34,907 nt of DNA, from sequence record SRR20825006_1072. One strand, given 5' to 3'. The notes under the pieces were generated by a model that had not been told where the DNA came from, made no database searches, and saw nothing but the letters and a program-made list of their open reading frames with translations. Made by a program: the position numbers and the translations under genes. Every line of letters begins with the position of its first letter. Position 1 is the stretch's first letter. Shown piece after piece: positions 26,043 to 34,907 of the stretch.

Positions 26043-27437
26043 TTAGAAGTAATAGCCGAAATTAATATTAAAACGGGTCTGCCACTCGTCATCCTGATTG
26101 GCGCCCAGCCTGTCACCAAACGCGGCGTCGCCACCAATGAACTCATTACCGTTAGATGCGCTCAGGTCGGTGTAGATATACCAGTTGTCCTTGCCCCAGG
26201 CGGCGCCCAGTGTTGCCAATTCACTGTCATTGAAGCTGCTTTCCTGTTTCAGCACCGTGCTGTACTCAATGTAGGGAATCACGTAATCAAGCCAGGCAAT
26301 CTGGTTGGTTTCCAGGTAATAACTGAGGGAAACAGCGGGAAGCCAGGCTTCTGCGGCGGCGGTACTGGGGAAGTCATAAGCCCCCATCTGAACCAGTTTG
26401 TCTGTGCCCAGCGGCTGTCTCGAATCCACGTCGAAACGGTAGTAGGTGATCTGGCTCGCCAGCGTAAACTGACCCCATTTATTGACCATATGCAGGGACG
26501 CCGCATAGCGGTCACCATCATCCTGCACCCCGCGGCTTTCAAGCTGACCGTATTGCAGCGATAAACCCAGATCAGTTGTCACGTCATTAATTGAAAGCTG
26601 GTAAATGCCTCTGAGGTTAAACTGATGCCGCTCCTCGTAACCATCATCACTCTCGTTGACGACATCATAGGAGTAACGGGCACTGTCATGCGAGGCGCCG
26701 ATATAATTGCCTTCATCTGCGATGTAATAGGCCGCATCCCATTTCCAGTTGCCGGTTTCATGATGATATTTGGCCCCCAGATCCATATCGTCGGCAAGAC
26801 CAAGGTAATAATGCTGATCAAAAAACCAGCTTTGTGACACACCATAAGGCCCGGGACCGAATGGCACCCGATTCACACCAAGCTGAAGTTGCTGTTGTTC
26901 ATTAAACTGGTAACCCAGCCAGCCGGTGTGCAGAAAGTTATAACCGTTATACCAGCGGTATTCTACTTTGCCGATGTAGGGGCCATCCGCGTAGTCCAGA
27001 TTGAGTCGGAAAGTATCGAGATTGAAATTGCCCCCGTCATCGAATGATCGGGATGCGCCATCCATTTCAGGATAGTCGCCAATGGCATAGTTTGCCCTCA
27101 TCGCCCCGCCGACACGCAGCGATCCAAAGCGGATCTCCGCCGGCGCTTCTTCCACAGCTTCTTCCGCTTCAGCCAGACGTTCTTCTCTGTCCTCACGGGC
27201 CTCGACAATCTTTTCTTCCGCCTGGGCGAGTTTATCTTCGGCCGCTGCTTTCTGTTTCTGCGTTACTTCGAGTTTTTGCTGGGTTTGTCTGAGCTCTGCT
27301 TCCAGCCGCTCAATTCTGTCCTGCAATTGCGTTATATCATCATCAGAAACCGGCTGAGCCTGCACGGTGACCATTGTCACCGATATAAATGTCAGCAACA
27401 TACTGATGAAAAGAGCACGTTTGGCGTGTCTGAACAT
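26043..27437 (-). CDS. Putative outer-membrane porin with an N-terminal periplasmic coiled coil
   Basis: Signal peptide (VQA), ~65-aa E/K/A-rich heptad region, amphipathic beta strands, and C-terminal RFNINFGYYF. Confidence 0.75.
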   Translation of the reverse strand: MFRHAKRALFISMLLTFISVTMVTVQAQPVSDDDITQLQDRIERLEAELRQTQQKLEVTQKQKAAAEDKLAQAEEKIVEAREDREERLAEAEEAVEEAPAEIRFGSLRVGGAMRANYAIGDYPEMDGASRSFDDGGNFNLDTFRLNLDYADGPYIGKVEYRWYNGYNFLHTGWLGYQFNEQQQLQLGVNRVPFGPGPYGVSQSWFFDQHYYLGLADDMDLGAKYHHETGNWKWDAAYYIADEGNYIGASHDSARYSYDVVNESDDGYEERHQFNLRGIYQLSINDVTTDLGLSLQYGQLESRGVQDDGDRYAASLHMVNKWGQFTLASQITYYRFDVDSRQPLGTDKLVQMGAYDFPSTAAAEAWLPAVSLSYYLETNQIAWLDYVIPYIEYSTVLKQESSFNDSELATLGAAWGKDNWYIYTDLSASNGNEFIGGDAAFGDRLGANQDDEWQTRFNINFGYYF

Positions 27438-27552
27438 TGGGCTCCATCCTGCTTTCGATGTGGCTTGCTGTCATACAGCGTTAGGCGATGCTTCGAGCTT
27501 GACTAACGAGGCGTGTTTATTGACCTTAACAGAGAAACTGCTTGGGTCCAAC

Positions 27553-28245
27553 TCAATCGAGCTCGACCAGCGCTGTAACCGGCAAATGATCTGAGGCTTT
27601 CCTGGCCAGTGCCGAGCGATGTGCTGCAACGGCAATAAGGTGGCGGCGGGGCTGTACCCAGATGCGATCGAGAGTGAGGACTGGCCACGCTGAAGGAAAA
27701 CTCCGGCAGGCCGGCGTAGTATCAAAGTAACGGTGCAGCCAGCGGAGCGGCCTGCCCCACAGAAACCATTCATTGAGATCACCCATCAGCACCGTCGTAT
27801 CGGCCCGTTGCTGCTCGAACTCGGCCAGAATATTTTTGACCTGATGGCGTCGTTCAACCGGCTTGAGCCCGAGATGGGTGGCATAGACCAGAATATGATG
27901 GCCCTGATAATCGAATTGAACCTGCAGCGCACCGCGCGGTTCATGGGGCTCAAGACTGAGATCAATCATCCGGTGCGATGTTATCGGTAATCGTGACAAA
28001 ATCGCATTACCGTAATCACGTGATTCACGCAGCATGGTCGGTCCGGCCAGACCCGTCATATTGGTCTGCTGGGCGAGAAAATCAAGCAGATCCAGATCAT
28101 TCACCCGGTGATGCTCCACTTCCTGCAGCGCAATGATATCGGCATCGACTTCGCGGATAACCTCAGCAATGCGGAAAGGATCGAAATGGCCATCCGTGCC
28201 GACCGCAGCATGGATGTTGTAGCTCGCCAGCTTGAGCCGAATCAC
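27553..28245 (-). CDS. Endonuclease/exonuclease/phosphatase (EEP, YbhP-like) hydrolase
   Basis: ASYNIH, DIIALQEV, YGNAILSR, THLGL, MGDLNEW, LDRI and ASDHLP; GTGA overlap with the upstream gene. Confidence 0.9.
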   Translation of the reverse strand: MIRLKLASYNIHAAVGTDGHFDPFRIAEVIREVDADIIALQEVEHHRVNDLDLLDFLAQQTNMTGLAGPTMLRESRDYGNAILSRLPITSHRMIDLSLEPHEPRGALQVQFDYQGHHILVYATHLGLKPVERRHQVKNILAEFEQQRADTTVLMGDLNEWFLWGRPLRWLHRYFDTTPACRSFPSAWPVLTLDRIWVQPRRHLIAVAAHRSALARKASDHLPVTALVELD

Positions 28246-30395
28246 GGTGTGTCGCTTTCCTCCTCAGCCTGTTTACGGTTCAGTAACATTTTCAGGCCCA
28301 GCATGACACTGAAAACAACTAACACTATTGTAATAAACAGGCCAATCTGAGCAGGGTCAGGTTCCTGAACCGTTCTCACCAGAGAGTCGGCAAACACCGT
28401 AATCCCGAGTATGCCGGGCAGCATACCCAGCACGGTACCGAGAATAAAATCTCTGGTTTTGATATGTGATGCGCCCGCGACTAAATTAATCACCGCAAAA
28501 GGAGCTACCGGGATGATCCGCACTGTGACGACCGCCAGCATACCGTGATGTGCCAGCCGCCGACTGAGCTTGTTCAAACTGGAGCCCGCCAGTTTCTGCA
28601 CACTATTGCGGCCCAGATAATGACCCACGCCATATCCCAGAAAAGCGCTGAGCACGGAGCCGATAAGCGAGTACAGGCTGCCCCAGACCGGACCAAAAGT
28701 CAGCGCAGCAGTCACAATGAGTAAAGTCACCGGGAATGCCAGTAAGCCGGCAATACTGAACACGGCCACCACGATTAATGGCGTCAGTGGATAGGACTCA
28801 ATCGCCTGCGCTGTCACTTTCAGTGTTTCCGGGTTGAGGTAATCACTGAGCGGCGTCCAGCGCCAGACCACGGTCAACACGATCACCGCCAGCAAAACAC
28901 CGAAAATCTTCCACCAATGACTGCGGGCAGATTTGGGTTGATCGATAGGAATAAACATCTGTGCCATCTGCTCCGGATCCAGTGGCCGTTCAGGGTCGAC
29001 AACCGCTGATGAGGGCAGCATCTGATTCGCGAGATCGGCCACCCGGCAATCAAGAGGCTGCAGCGTTCTGGGGCGGTCCTGACAGTCATCAATCAAACCA
29101 ATCAGCGAGCCGGACTGAGATAAAGACTGACGCAGCGTTTCTCTGTCCATATCCAGATGTTCTGATAACAGACGCTCCCGAAAGGCACTGATCTGTGCTT
29201 TTTCTTTATCAGTAGAGGCCTCGATCACCATGTCGCATTCACTGTCCAGCCCCATTGAACGGTTGCTCAGGTTAGCTGAACCAACCCGCAGCAGTTTGTC
29301 GTCAATGATAGTGACTTTAGCGTGCACACTGATGTAAGTATCCCCCAGGGCTGCTTGATGCGGATAACAAATACGAAGACGTTTATGTATGTCAGCCTCT
29401 CTCAGACGACAGGCAACACGGTATCGCAGCACATCCATGGTCACCTGCTCCAGCCAGCCGCCGGTCATCAATGGCAAGACCAGGACGATATCGGGGCCTT
29501 GTGTCTGTTGCAGGCTTTCAGCCAGCAAATCGGCCACTTTCCAGGATGTAAAATACTGGTTTTCAATATAAATCAGCTTTTCGGCAGCAGAAATACTGTC
29601 AATAAACAGTTGCTCAACCTCACGGACTTCATGGTTGGTCTGATACTGCGGCAGCGTACGGGAAATACCGACCTCGATATTTTCAAACCAGCTGTCGACA
29701 TCGCTGGGCCAGGCTGAGTCCTGTCTTGCCGATGGCGCTTTTAATGTCTCACCAGTCGCCCGCCACCAGCGTTCACGCGCCAGTTCGGCCAGCGCTTTAG
29801 CGGCTTCCCCGGAAACTAGCATCTGTACATCATGAAATGGGGGAAAAGCTTGCTTGTCGGGATTAATACGGCGTGGATCATCCGGCGCATGAGCGGAACT
29901 GTCCCAGCGGTTCTTACCCAGATCAAAGCCGCCGGAGAAAGCGATGTCATCATCAATAACAACGACTTTCTGATGCTGGGATGCTCCGACCGGGCATTCG
30001 CCGTCAAGTTTGAAATGCAGACGTGAGCGGGACTTCCAGACCGGCTTATACATCGGTAGCCATTCGCGCTCCAGGGTATAAACCATGGCCCAGTCCCAAT
30101 TCAGGATATAGACATCCAGCTCAGGCCGTCGTTTGAGTAATGCACTGATGAACTCGCCGAGTTCCGTCGGCCAGTCACCAGGATCATCATCGCCCCGAAC
30201 CAGGCGCATACGGCTGTCAATATCCCAGGCCAGGATATAAACGCTGTGGCGGGCATTTTGCAGCGCACGATGTACCGCAGCAAAGTAGTCTTCCCCGTCA
30301 ATCAGCAGTGCGACTTTGTCTGCATGTACCGTTTTCCAACAGTTATGTCCGGGCTGTAATAAAGTCTTATCAGTCACTTCAACTTCCTGTTTCAA
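28242..30395 (-). CDS. Phospholipase D-family protein (two HKD motifs) fused to a C-terminal DedA/VTT (SNARE_assoc) membrane domain
   Basis: HQKVVVIDD, HAKVTIIDD...GSANLSNRS, IYIENQYF, and C-terminal TM region with RIIPVAPF..NL.AG. The start may be GTG 30377 after AGGAAG. Confidence 0.88.
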   Translation of the reverse strand: MKQEVEVTDKTLLQPGHNCWKTVHADKVALLIDGEDYFAAVHRALQNARHSVYILAWDIDSRMRLVRGDDDPGDWPTELGEFISALLKRRPELDVYILNWDWAMVYTLEREWLPMYKPVWKSRSRLHFKLDGECPVGASQHQKVVVIDDDIAFSGGFDLGKNRWDSSAHAPDDPRRINPDKQAFPPFHDVQMLVSGEAAKALAELARERWWRATGETLKAPSARQDSAWPSDVDSWFENIEVGISRTLPQYQTNHEVREVEQLFIDSISAAEKLIYIENQYFTSWKVADLLAESLQQTQGPDIVLVLPLMTGGWLEQVTMDVLRYRVACRLREADIHKRLRICYPHQAALGDTYISVHAKVTIIDDKLLRVGSANLSNRSMGLDSECDMVIEASTDKEKAQISAFRERLLSEHLDMDRETLRQSLSQSGSLIGLIDDCQDRPRTLQPLDCRVADLANQMLPSSAVVDPERPLDPEQMAQMFIPIDQPKSARSHWWKIFGVLLAVIVLTVVWRWTPLSDYLNPETLKVTAQAIESYPLTPLIVVAVFSIAGLLAFPVTLLIVTAALTFGPVWGSLYSLIGSVLSAFLGYGVGHYLGRNSVQKLAGSSLNKLSRRLAHHGMLAVVTVRIIPVAPFAVINLVAGASHIKTRDFILGTVLGMLPGILGITVFADSLVRTVQEPDPAQIGLFITIVLVVFSVMLGLKMLLNRKQAEEESDTP

Positions 30396-30450
30396 TTAAG
30401 GCGGCTGCGGCCGAGGAGTGTTGAAACAGCTCATGGGCTGATCAGTTTGA

Positions 30451-32769
30451 TTAACAGCTTATCTCAAGCTGCTCTTTCATCTCCAGTTGCCGTTGCGGCA
30501 ACCAGATTGTGACCGTCGTGCCGACCCCAGGTTCACTGTCTATCATTATCCGGCCATGGTGATGATGAATAATTTCCTGGACAATCGCCATGCCCAGGCC
30601 GGTACCGGGGATCTGGCCACTGGTATCAGCCCGGTAGAACCGATCAAAAACATGTTCAAGATCGTCTTCACTCATCCCCATACCCTGATCTTCTAGCTGC
30701 AGGATAAAGCCCGGCACATCTTCTGTGGCTTCAGGATAGATAACAAGCGAGATTAGTGACGCTTGCGGTGAGTATTTGATGGCATTGCTCAACAGATTTT
30801 CAATAACCTGCTCAACCTTGTCGGCATCGCAGTAGAGGCTGAAATCATCATTGGAAGCCACATAATCAAGATGCCGACTCTGTAGCTCCAGCTCCATTTC
30901 TTTCAATACATTATCAACCAGTTGTGACAAATCATGACGATCAAACTTGAATGCCTCACCGGCCCGGGATTCAATTCTTGCGAGATCCAGCAAATCGTCA
31001 ATAATGTTGGATAAACGTCTGCTCTGGTTATAAATGACGCCAAGCATCTCCTCCTGTCGTTTGGCATCAAAACGGGCTTTGATCAGCAACTCGGTATAGC
31101 CGAAGATATTGGCTAGCGGTGTTCTCAGTTCGTGTGCCGCGGTACTGAGAAACTCGGTCTTCATCCGGTCGACTTCATGAGCGTCGGTGACATCCCGGAA
31201 ATGCATAATCGAGCCGACAGTATTGCTGCTGTTATCAAAACAGATCGTACGCTCAAATACCCGTTGAGAGTCGGTAGCGAAAACAAACTCATCAACATAA
31301 AGCTGCCCATGCTGTGGCTGGGTCAGGGAAAACACCGGTTTCAGCTTGTCCGGTTCTGCAGTTTTGGTCAGTAACTGTCTTTCAAAAGTTTCGCAGGAAA
31401 AACCGGCTTCAACATCCACCAGCCCGGCAAACAAGGCCTGAAAACCTGGATTACTCTCCATCAGCTCCCCTTTTTTGTTAAAAAAGGCCATGGGGTCCGG
31501 GATCAGTCTGAGCATCTCTGCCCGGGTGGCCGAGACACTTCGTAGCGTGCGGTTAATCCGGCTGATTTCAGTGATGTCGCGGAATACCCAGACCAGCAGA
31601 TCACCTTGTACCGTATCAATACGAGAGCAGGTTAGAGAAAATTCCTGTTCACCCAGCTTGACCATCACATCGAAATTTACATTATTGAGGCTGATGCGGG
31701 ACACCAGAAACTCACGTATGTTGGTGTTGTCGACGACCTCTTCCAACAAGCTGATCAGCGACTCCCCCTCTTCGACCAAACGTGACATTAAACGGTTAAA
31801 AACCGGATTACTGTAACGGATAGCCGCCATGGTATCGGTCACCACAATCCCCACCGGCAAGGAACTGATCAGTTCATTAAGAAATTTGTCATGGGCTGCC
31901 AGTTCAGAAGTTCGTGCTGTAACTTCTGCCCGAAGTTGTTGCGGTTGTATGCCCAAACGATAGGCTGTCAGCGCCAGCAGGCCGGCAACAAACAGTGTCC
32001 AGCTCAGCCAGACCGGTTTGATGCTATCGGTGGCAGGCATGCTGATCTGAAGTTGCCAGTCGCCGTCCGGTAAATCCATATAGTGATTCAGACTCAAGGC
32101 GTCATCAGCAGGCTGCGCTGTTCTGAAAAAGGTCTGTTCACTATGATCAGCCAGGGTTCTGTTAAGAGCGATGGTGTACTGACTCAACTGCATCAGGTTG
32201 CTTTGGCGCAGAATGGCTTTCATCGGCGCCATCGCAGTAATAAGCCCCCAGAATGTCTGTCCATCCGGATGAAAAACCGGATAGTGAACCAGCAACATCT
32301 GTTCGCCCGGAATCAGGGACCAGGATTTCGACACGACCGGGCCATGACTGACTGCGCGAAGAATGCTGTCACGCTCCAACCCCTGCATAAGATCGACACC
32401 CAGCATGGGCTGACCTGCCAGCGGATAAGCCTGGCTGACCAGGCCGGTGGGAGCCAGAGAGATAACAACGCCCGAGCGCTGAAAAGAATGCTGCACATCC
32501 CGCGCCAGAGAAGAAAAAGCCGTTTTGAATTTTTCCGGTCCCAGCAGCTGAAACTGGGCGTGCAGAATTTGTGGGATGGAGTTGATAACGTGAACTTCGC
32601 GCTCAAAAGCAGTCGCAAACAAATGGGCAGTCTGATGTAACTGTTCCTGCTTGATGAAGCGCTCTTCATCGGCTGAATTTCTCATCAGGTACAGCCCCGT
32701 CAATACGATGACGATAAAGGTAACGAGGGCGATTAGCCTGGGATAAAGCCTGGTTAAATCGGCGACCAC
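30451..32769 (-). CDS. Membrane sensor histidine kinase (CHASE-like periplasmic domain, PAS domains, HisKA, HATPase)
   Basis: Two TM helices flanking a CHASE-like region (YPL.G...GVDL, P.F....FWG), FRDITE/FRDVTD PAS ends, AHELRTPL, NLLSNAIKYS and GTGLG. Confidence 0.9.
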   Translation of the reverse strand: MVADLTRLYPRLIALVTFIVIVLTGLYLMRNSADEERFIKQEQLHQTAHLFATAFEREVHVINSIPQILHAQFQLLGPEKFKTAFSSLARDVQHSFQRSGVVISLAPTGLVSQAYPLAGQPMLGVDLMQGLERDSILRAVSHGPVVSKSWSLIPGEQMLLVHYPVFHPDGQTFWGLITAMAPMKAILRQSNLMQLSQYTIALNRTLADHSEQTFFRTAQPADDALSLNHYMDLPDGDWQLQISMPATDSIKPVWLSWTLFVAGLLALTAYRLGIQPQQLRAEVTARTSELAAHDKFLNELISSLPVGIVVTDTMAAIRYSNPVFNRLMSRLVEEGESLISLLEEVVDNTNIREFLVSRISLNNVNFDVMVKLGEQEFSLTCSRIDTVQGDLLVWVFRDITEISRINRTLRSVSATRAEMLRLIPDPMAFFNKKGELMESNPGFQALFAGLVDVEAGFSCETFERQLLTKTAEPDKLKPVFSLTQPQHGQLYVDEFVFATDSQRVFERTICFDNSSNTVGSIMHFRDVTDAHEVDRMKTEFLSTAAHELRTPLANIFGYTELLIKARFDAKRQEEMLGVIYNQSRRLSNIIDDLLDLARIESRAGEAFKFDRHDLSQLVDNVLKEMELELQSRHLDYVASNDDFSLYCDADKVEQVIENLLSNAIKYSPQASLISLVIYPEATEDVPGFILQLEDQGMGMSEDDLEHVFDRFYRADTSGQIPGTGLGMAIVQEIIHHHHGRIMIDSEPGVGTTVTIWLPQRQLEMKEQLEISC

Positions 32770-32855
32770 TGTTTGCTGTTCTCTGTTATTTCAGTCTTTT
32801 TGCATCTCACTGGGGAGACTGGCTTGTATCCCCTAGCAAAGCAGGCTAACCGCCG

Positions 32856-33242
32856 CTACTCGCTGTCGAACTCCAGCTCGATATCGAGTTTTTCCATTAA
32901 CTCCGAAGGGCTGAAGGGTTTGACCACATAATCATCGGCACCGGCTTCCAGCCCCAACTGCACATCTTTTTGCTGTCCCTTGGCTGACAACATGATGACC
33001 TTGATCCCGTCCAGTGACTCATCAGCCCGAATCATCCGGCACAATGCCAGTCCGTCCAGTTGTCCGGGCATCATCACATCAAGCAGTACTATGTCCGGTT
33101 TATGCTGCTTCAGCATGGCCAGCCCTGTCTCGGCATTATTTGCTTCCAGTAACTGACACTGGCTGAACTCCAGTGTCAGTCTGATTAGCATCCGCAGTTC
33201 CGTGTTGTCATCTACAACCAGGATTTTATATTTGTTCGTCAA
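32856..33242 (-). CDS. Single-domain response regulator (CheY-like)
   Basis: ILVVDD, LLDVMMP, MLSA and GADDYVVKPF; TTG start. Confidence 0.9.
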   Translation of the reverse strand: MTNKYKILVVDDNTELRMLIRLTLEFSQCQLLEANNAETGLAMLKQHKPDIVLLDVMMPGQLDGLALCRMIRADESLDGIKVIMLSAKGQQKDVQLGLEAGADDYVVKPFSPSELMEKLDIELEFDSE

Positions 33243-33357
33243 AGCTCTCTCACCATTCGCATCAATCCCTGAAAGCTAAAAAATACACTGACTTTCGGCA
33301 AAACCAAAACAGATTTTAATTAACTACTACCAGGCCGGTTTCATTCGCAGAAAAGAG

Positions 33358-34632
33358 TCAGTTGACAGCGCTGAAAGCCTGTTCCAGATCAGCGATGATG
33401 TCGTCAATATGTTCGATACCGATGCACAAACGCAACATTTCCGGTGTCACACCGGCTGAGACCAGTTCATGTGGCTCCAATTGACGGTGTGTGGTTGAGG
33501 CCGGATGACAGGCCAGCGTTTTGGTATCGCCGATATTGACCAGGCGTTTGATCAGTTTCAGCGCATCATAAAACTTCACACCGGCCTCAAAGCCTCCTTT
33601 GATGCCGAAGGTCAGAATTGAGGAAGGTTTGCCATTAAAGTATTTTTGCGCCAGCGCGTGGTATTTATCGCCTTCCAGGCCGGCATAGTTGACCCAGTCC
33701 ACTTTGGGATGCTGAGACAGATAGCGGGCGACAGCCAGGGCATTATCGCAATGCCGCTCCATTCTCAGGGGTAAAGTTTCTATTCCCTGTAACAGCAGGA
33801 AAGCATTCAGCGGGGATAATGCCGAACCGGTATTTCTCAGTGGCACCGTGCGCGCTCTGGCAATAAAAGCCGCCTCTGCAAACTGCTCGGTGTAAACCAC
33901 CCCATGATAGGCCGGCTCCGGTTGATTCAACACAGCAAATCGTTCCTTGTGCTCAGTCCAGGGGAAACGACCGGAATCCACAATAATGCCGCCCAGCGTA
34001 GTGCCGTGACCGCCCATGTATTTGGTCAGCGAGTGCACCACAATATCGGCGCCATGCTCAATCGGATTAAATAAAGCCGGGGTGGCTACGGTGTTATCGA
34101 CAATCACCGGCACTCCGGCTTTATGCGCCATCTCTGCGATGGCCGCCATATCCACAATATTACCGGCCGGATTACCAATCGATTCACAGAATACCGCTTT
34201 GGTTTTGTCATCGATCAGTTTGGCCATATCTTCGGCTTTGTCAGACTCGGCAAAGCGAACATCAATGCCCAGTTTAGGCAACATATGAGCAAATAAGGTG
34301 TAGGTACCCCCATAAAGCTGAGGTGTCGTGATGATGTTATCGCCCGCTTCTGCGATAGTCAGAATGGCGTAGTTTATCGCCGCGCTGCCCGCCGAGGTCG
34401 CCAGTGCGGCAATGCCGCCTTCCAGCGCTGCAACACGCTTCTCAAGCACATCCCAGGTCGGATTCATGATCCGGCTGTAGATATTGCCGGGCACATCCAG
34501 GTTGAATAAATCGGCACCGTGCTGAGCGTTATCGAACTCATAAGCCACAGTCTGGTAAATGGGGACAGCGCAGGACTTGGTAACCGGATCGGTTTCATAA
34601 CCTTCGTGAACACAGAGAGTTTCTTTACGCAT
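33358..34632 (-). CDS. metY: O-acetylhomoserine aminocarboxypropyltransferase (sulfhydrylase)
   Basis: PIYQT, YSRIMNPT, VDNTVATP, PLP lysine in HSLTKYMGGHG, and HPASTTHRQL. Confidence 0.93.
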   Translation of the reverse strand: MRKETLCVHEGYETDPVTKSCAVPIYQTVAYEFDNAQHGADLFNLDVPGNIYSRIMNPTWDVLEKRVAALEGGIAALATSAGSAAINYAILTIAEAGDNIITTPQLYGGTYTLFAHMLPKLGIDVRFAESDKAEDMAKLIDDKTKAVFCESIGNPAGNIVDMAAIAEMAHKAGVPVIVDNTVATPALFNPIEHGADIVVHSLTKYMGGHGTTLGGIIVDSGRFPWTEHKERFAVLNQPEPAYHGVVYTEQFAEAAFIARARTVPLRNTGSALSPLNAFLLLQGIETLPLRMERHCDNALAVARYLSQHPKVDWVNYAGLEGDKYHALAQKYFNGKPSSILTFGIKGGFEAGVKFYDALKLIKRLVNIGDTKTLACHPASTTHRQLEPHELVSAGVTPEMLRLCIGIEHIDDIIADLEQAFSAVN

Positions 34633-34879
34633 GCTGAACCGCCTTTTTTATTGTGATTAATCCATAGGATTTAAACACGAAGATTTCAGTTCAGGCAATG
34701 CGCTTCGTCCAAACACCTTAACCGGCAACTTGCTTTTCACTGGTGAGGAGTTGAATGTGCGGTCTCAGACCGGGTCAAACGAGATAAACGCTGGCAATAG
34801 TAAGCGGAGGCTAAAGCAAAGGTGGGGGGAGAAGCTGAGGCTGAAAATCAATGCAGCTCGTAGTGATTTTCTTGAGTAC

Positions 34880-34907
34880 TGGAGCGGGAAACGAGATTCG
34901 AACTCGC
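34880..34907 (-). tRNA. tRNA-Gly, 3' end only (truncated by the window edge)
   Basis: Reverse complement GCGAG-TTCGAAT-CTCGT-TTCCCGC-TCCA matches the T-arm and acceptor of proteobacterial tRNA-Gly(GCC). The anticodon lies outside the window. Confidence 0.85.

Noticed and set aside
34633-34879. SAM-type riboswitch or Met boxes upstream of metY
   Set aside because: No SAM-I, SAM-II or SAM-SAH core motifs or tandem AGACGTCT boxes were recognisable by eye. An Rfam scan would be needed to exclude them fully.
1-34907. Genomic island or prophage bounded by the two tRNA genes
   Set aside because: No integrase, transposase or phage genes, and no duplicated tRNA 3' end (att) was seen. The content looks like ordinary metabolic and regulatory chromosome.

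Overview
A 34.9-kb chromosomal segment from a gammaproteobacterium, bounded by two convergent partial tRNA genes: the 3' part of tRNA-Thr(UGU) on the left and the 3' end of tRNA-Gly on the right. No integrase, transposase or CRISPR array was seen. About 17 kb (2227-19486, minus strand) is an assimilatory nitrate cluster: nirB-nirD-nasA, an AlgE-like outer-membrane barrel, a regulator unit, an nrtABC-type ABC importer, an EAL protein, a NarK/NRT2 MFS transporter and a PP2C-Ser/Thr kinase fusion, followed by nsrR. The non-coding DNA shows five sigma54 promoters with NtrC-like enhancer sites. Dual-hexaloop ANTAR antitermination leaders precede nrtA and the porin gene but not nirBD-nasA. The most unusual element is the regulator unit. 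NasT (pseudo-receiver plus ANTAR) is not paired with NasS. It is translationally coupled to a stand-alone, membrane-anchored NIT-like sensor and preceded by an unannotated 37-aa hydrophobic ORF with a perfect RBS. The rest of the window holds sixA-CHAD, a MarR/SnoaL-like pair with a shared operator, a BqsRS/CarSR-like two-component system with two PepSY genes and matching direct-repeat promoters, a porin-BetT pair, a PLD-DedA fusion with an EEP hydrolase, a CHASE/PAS kinase with a receiver protein, and metY. A DARS/datA-like DnaA-box trio lies just after tRNA-Thr.
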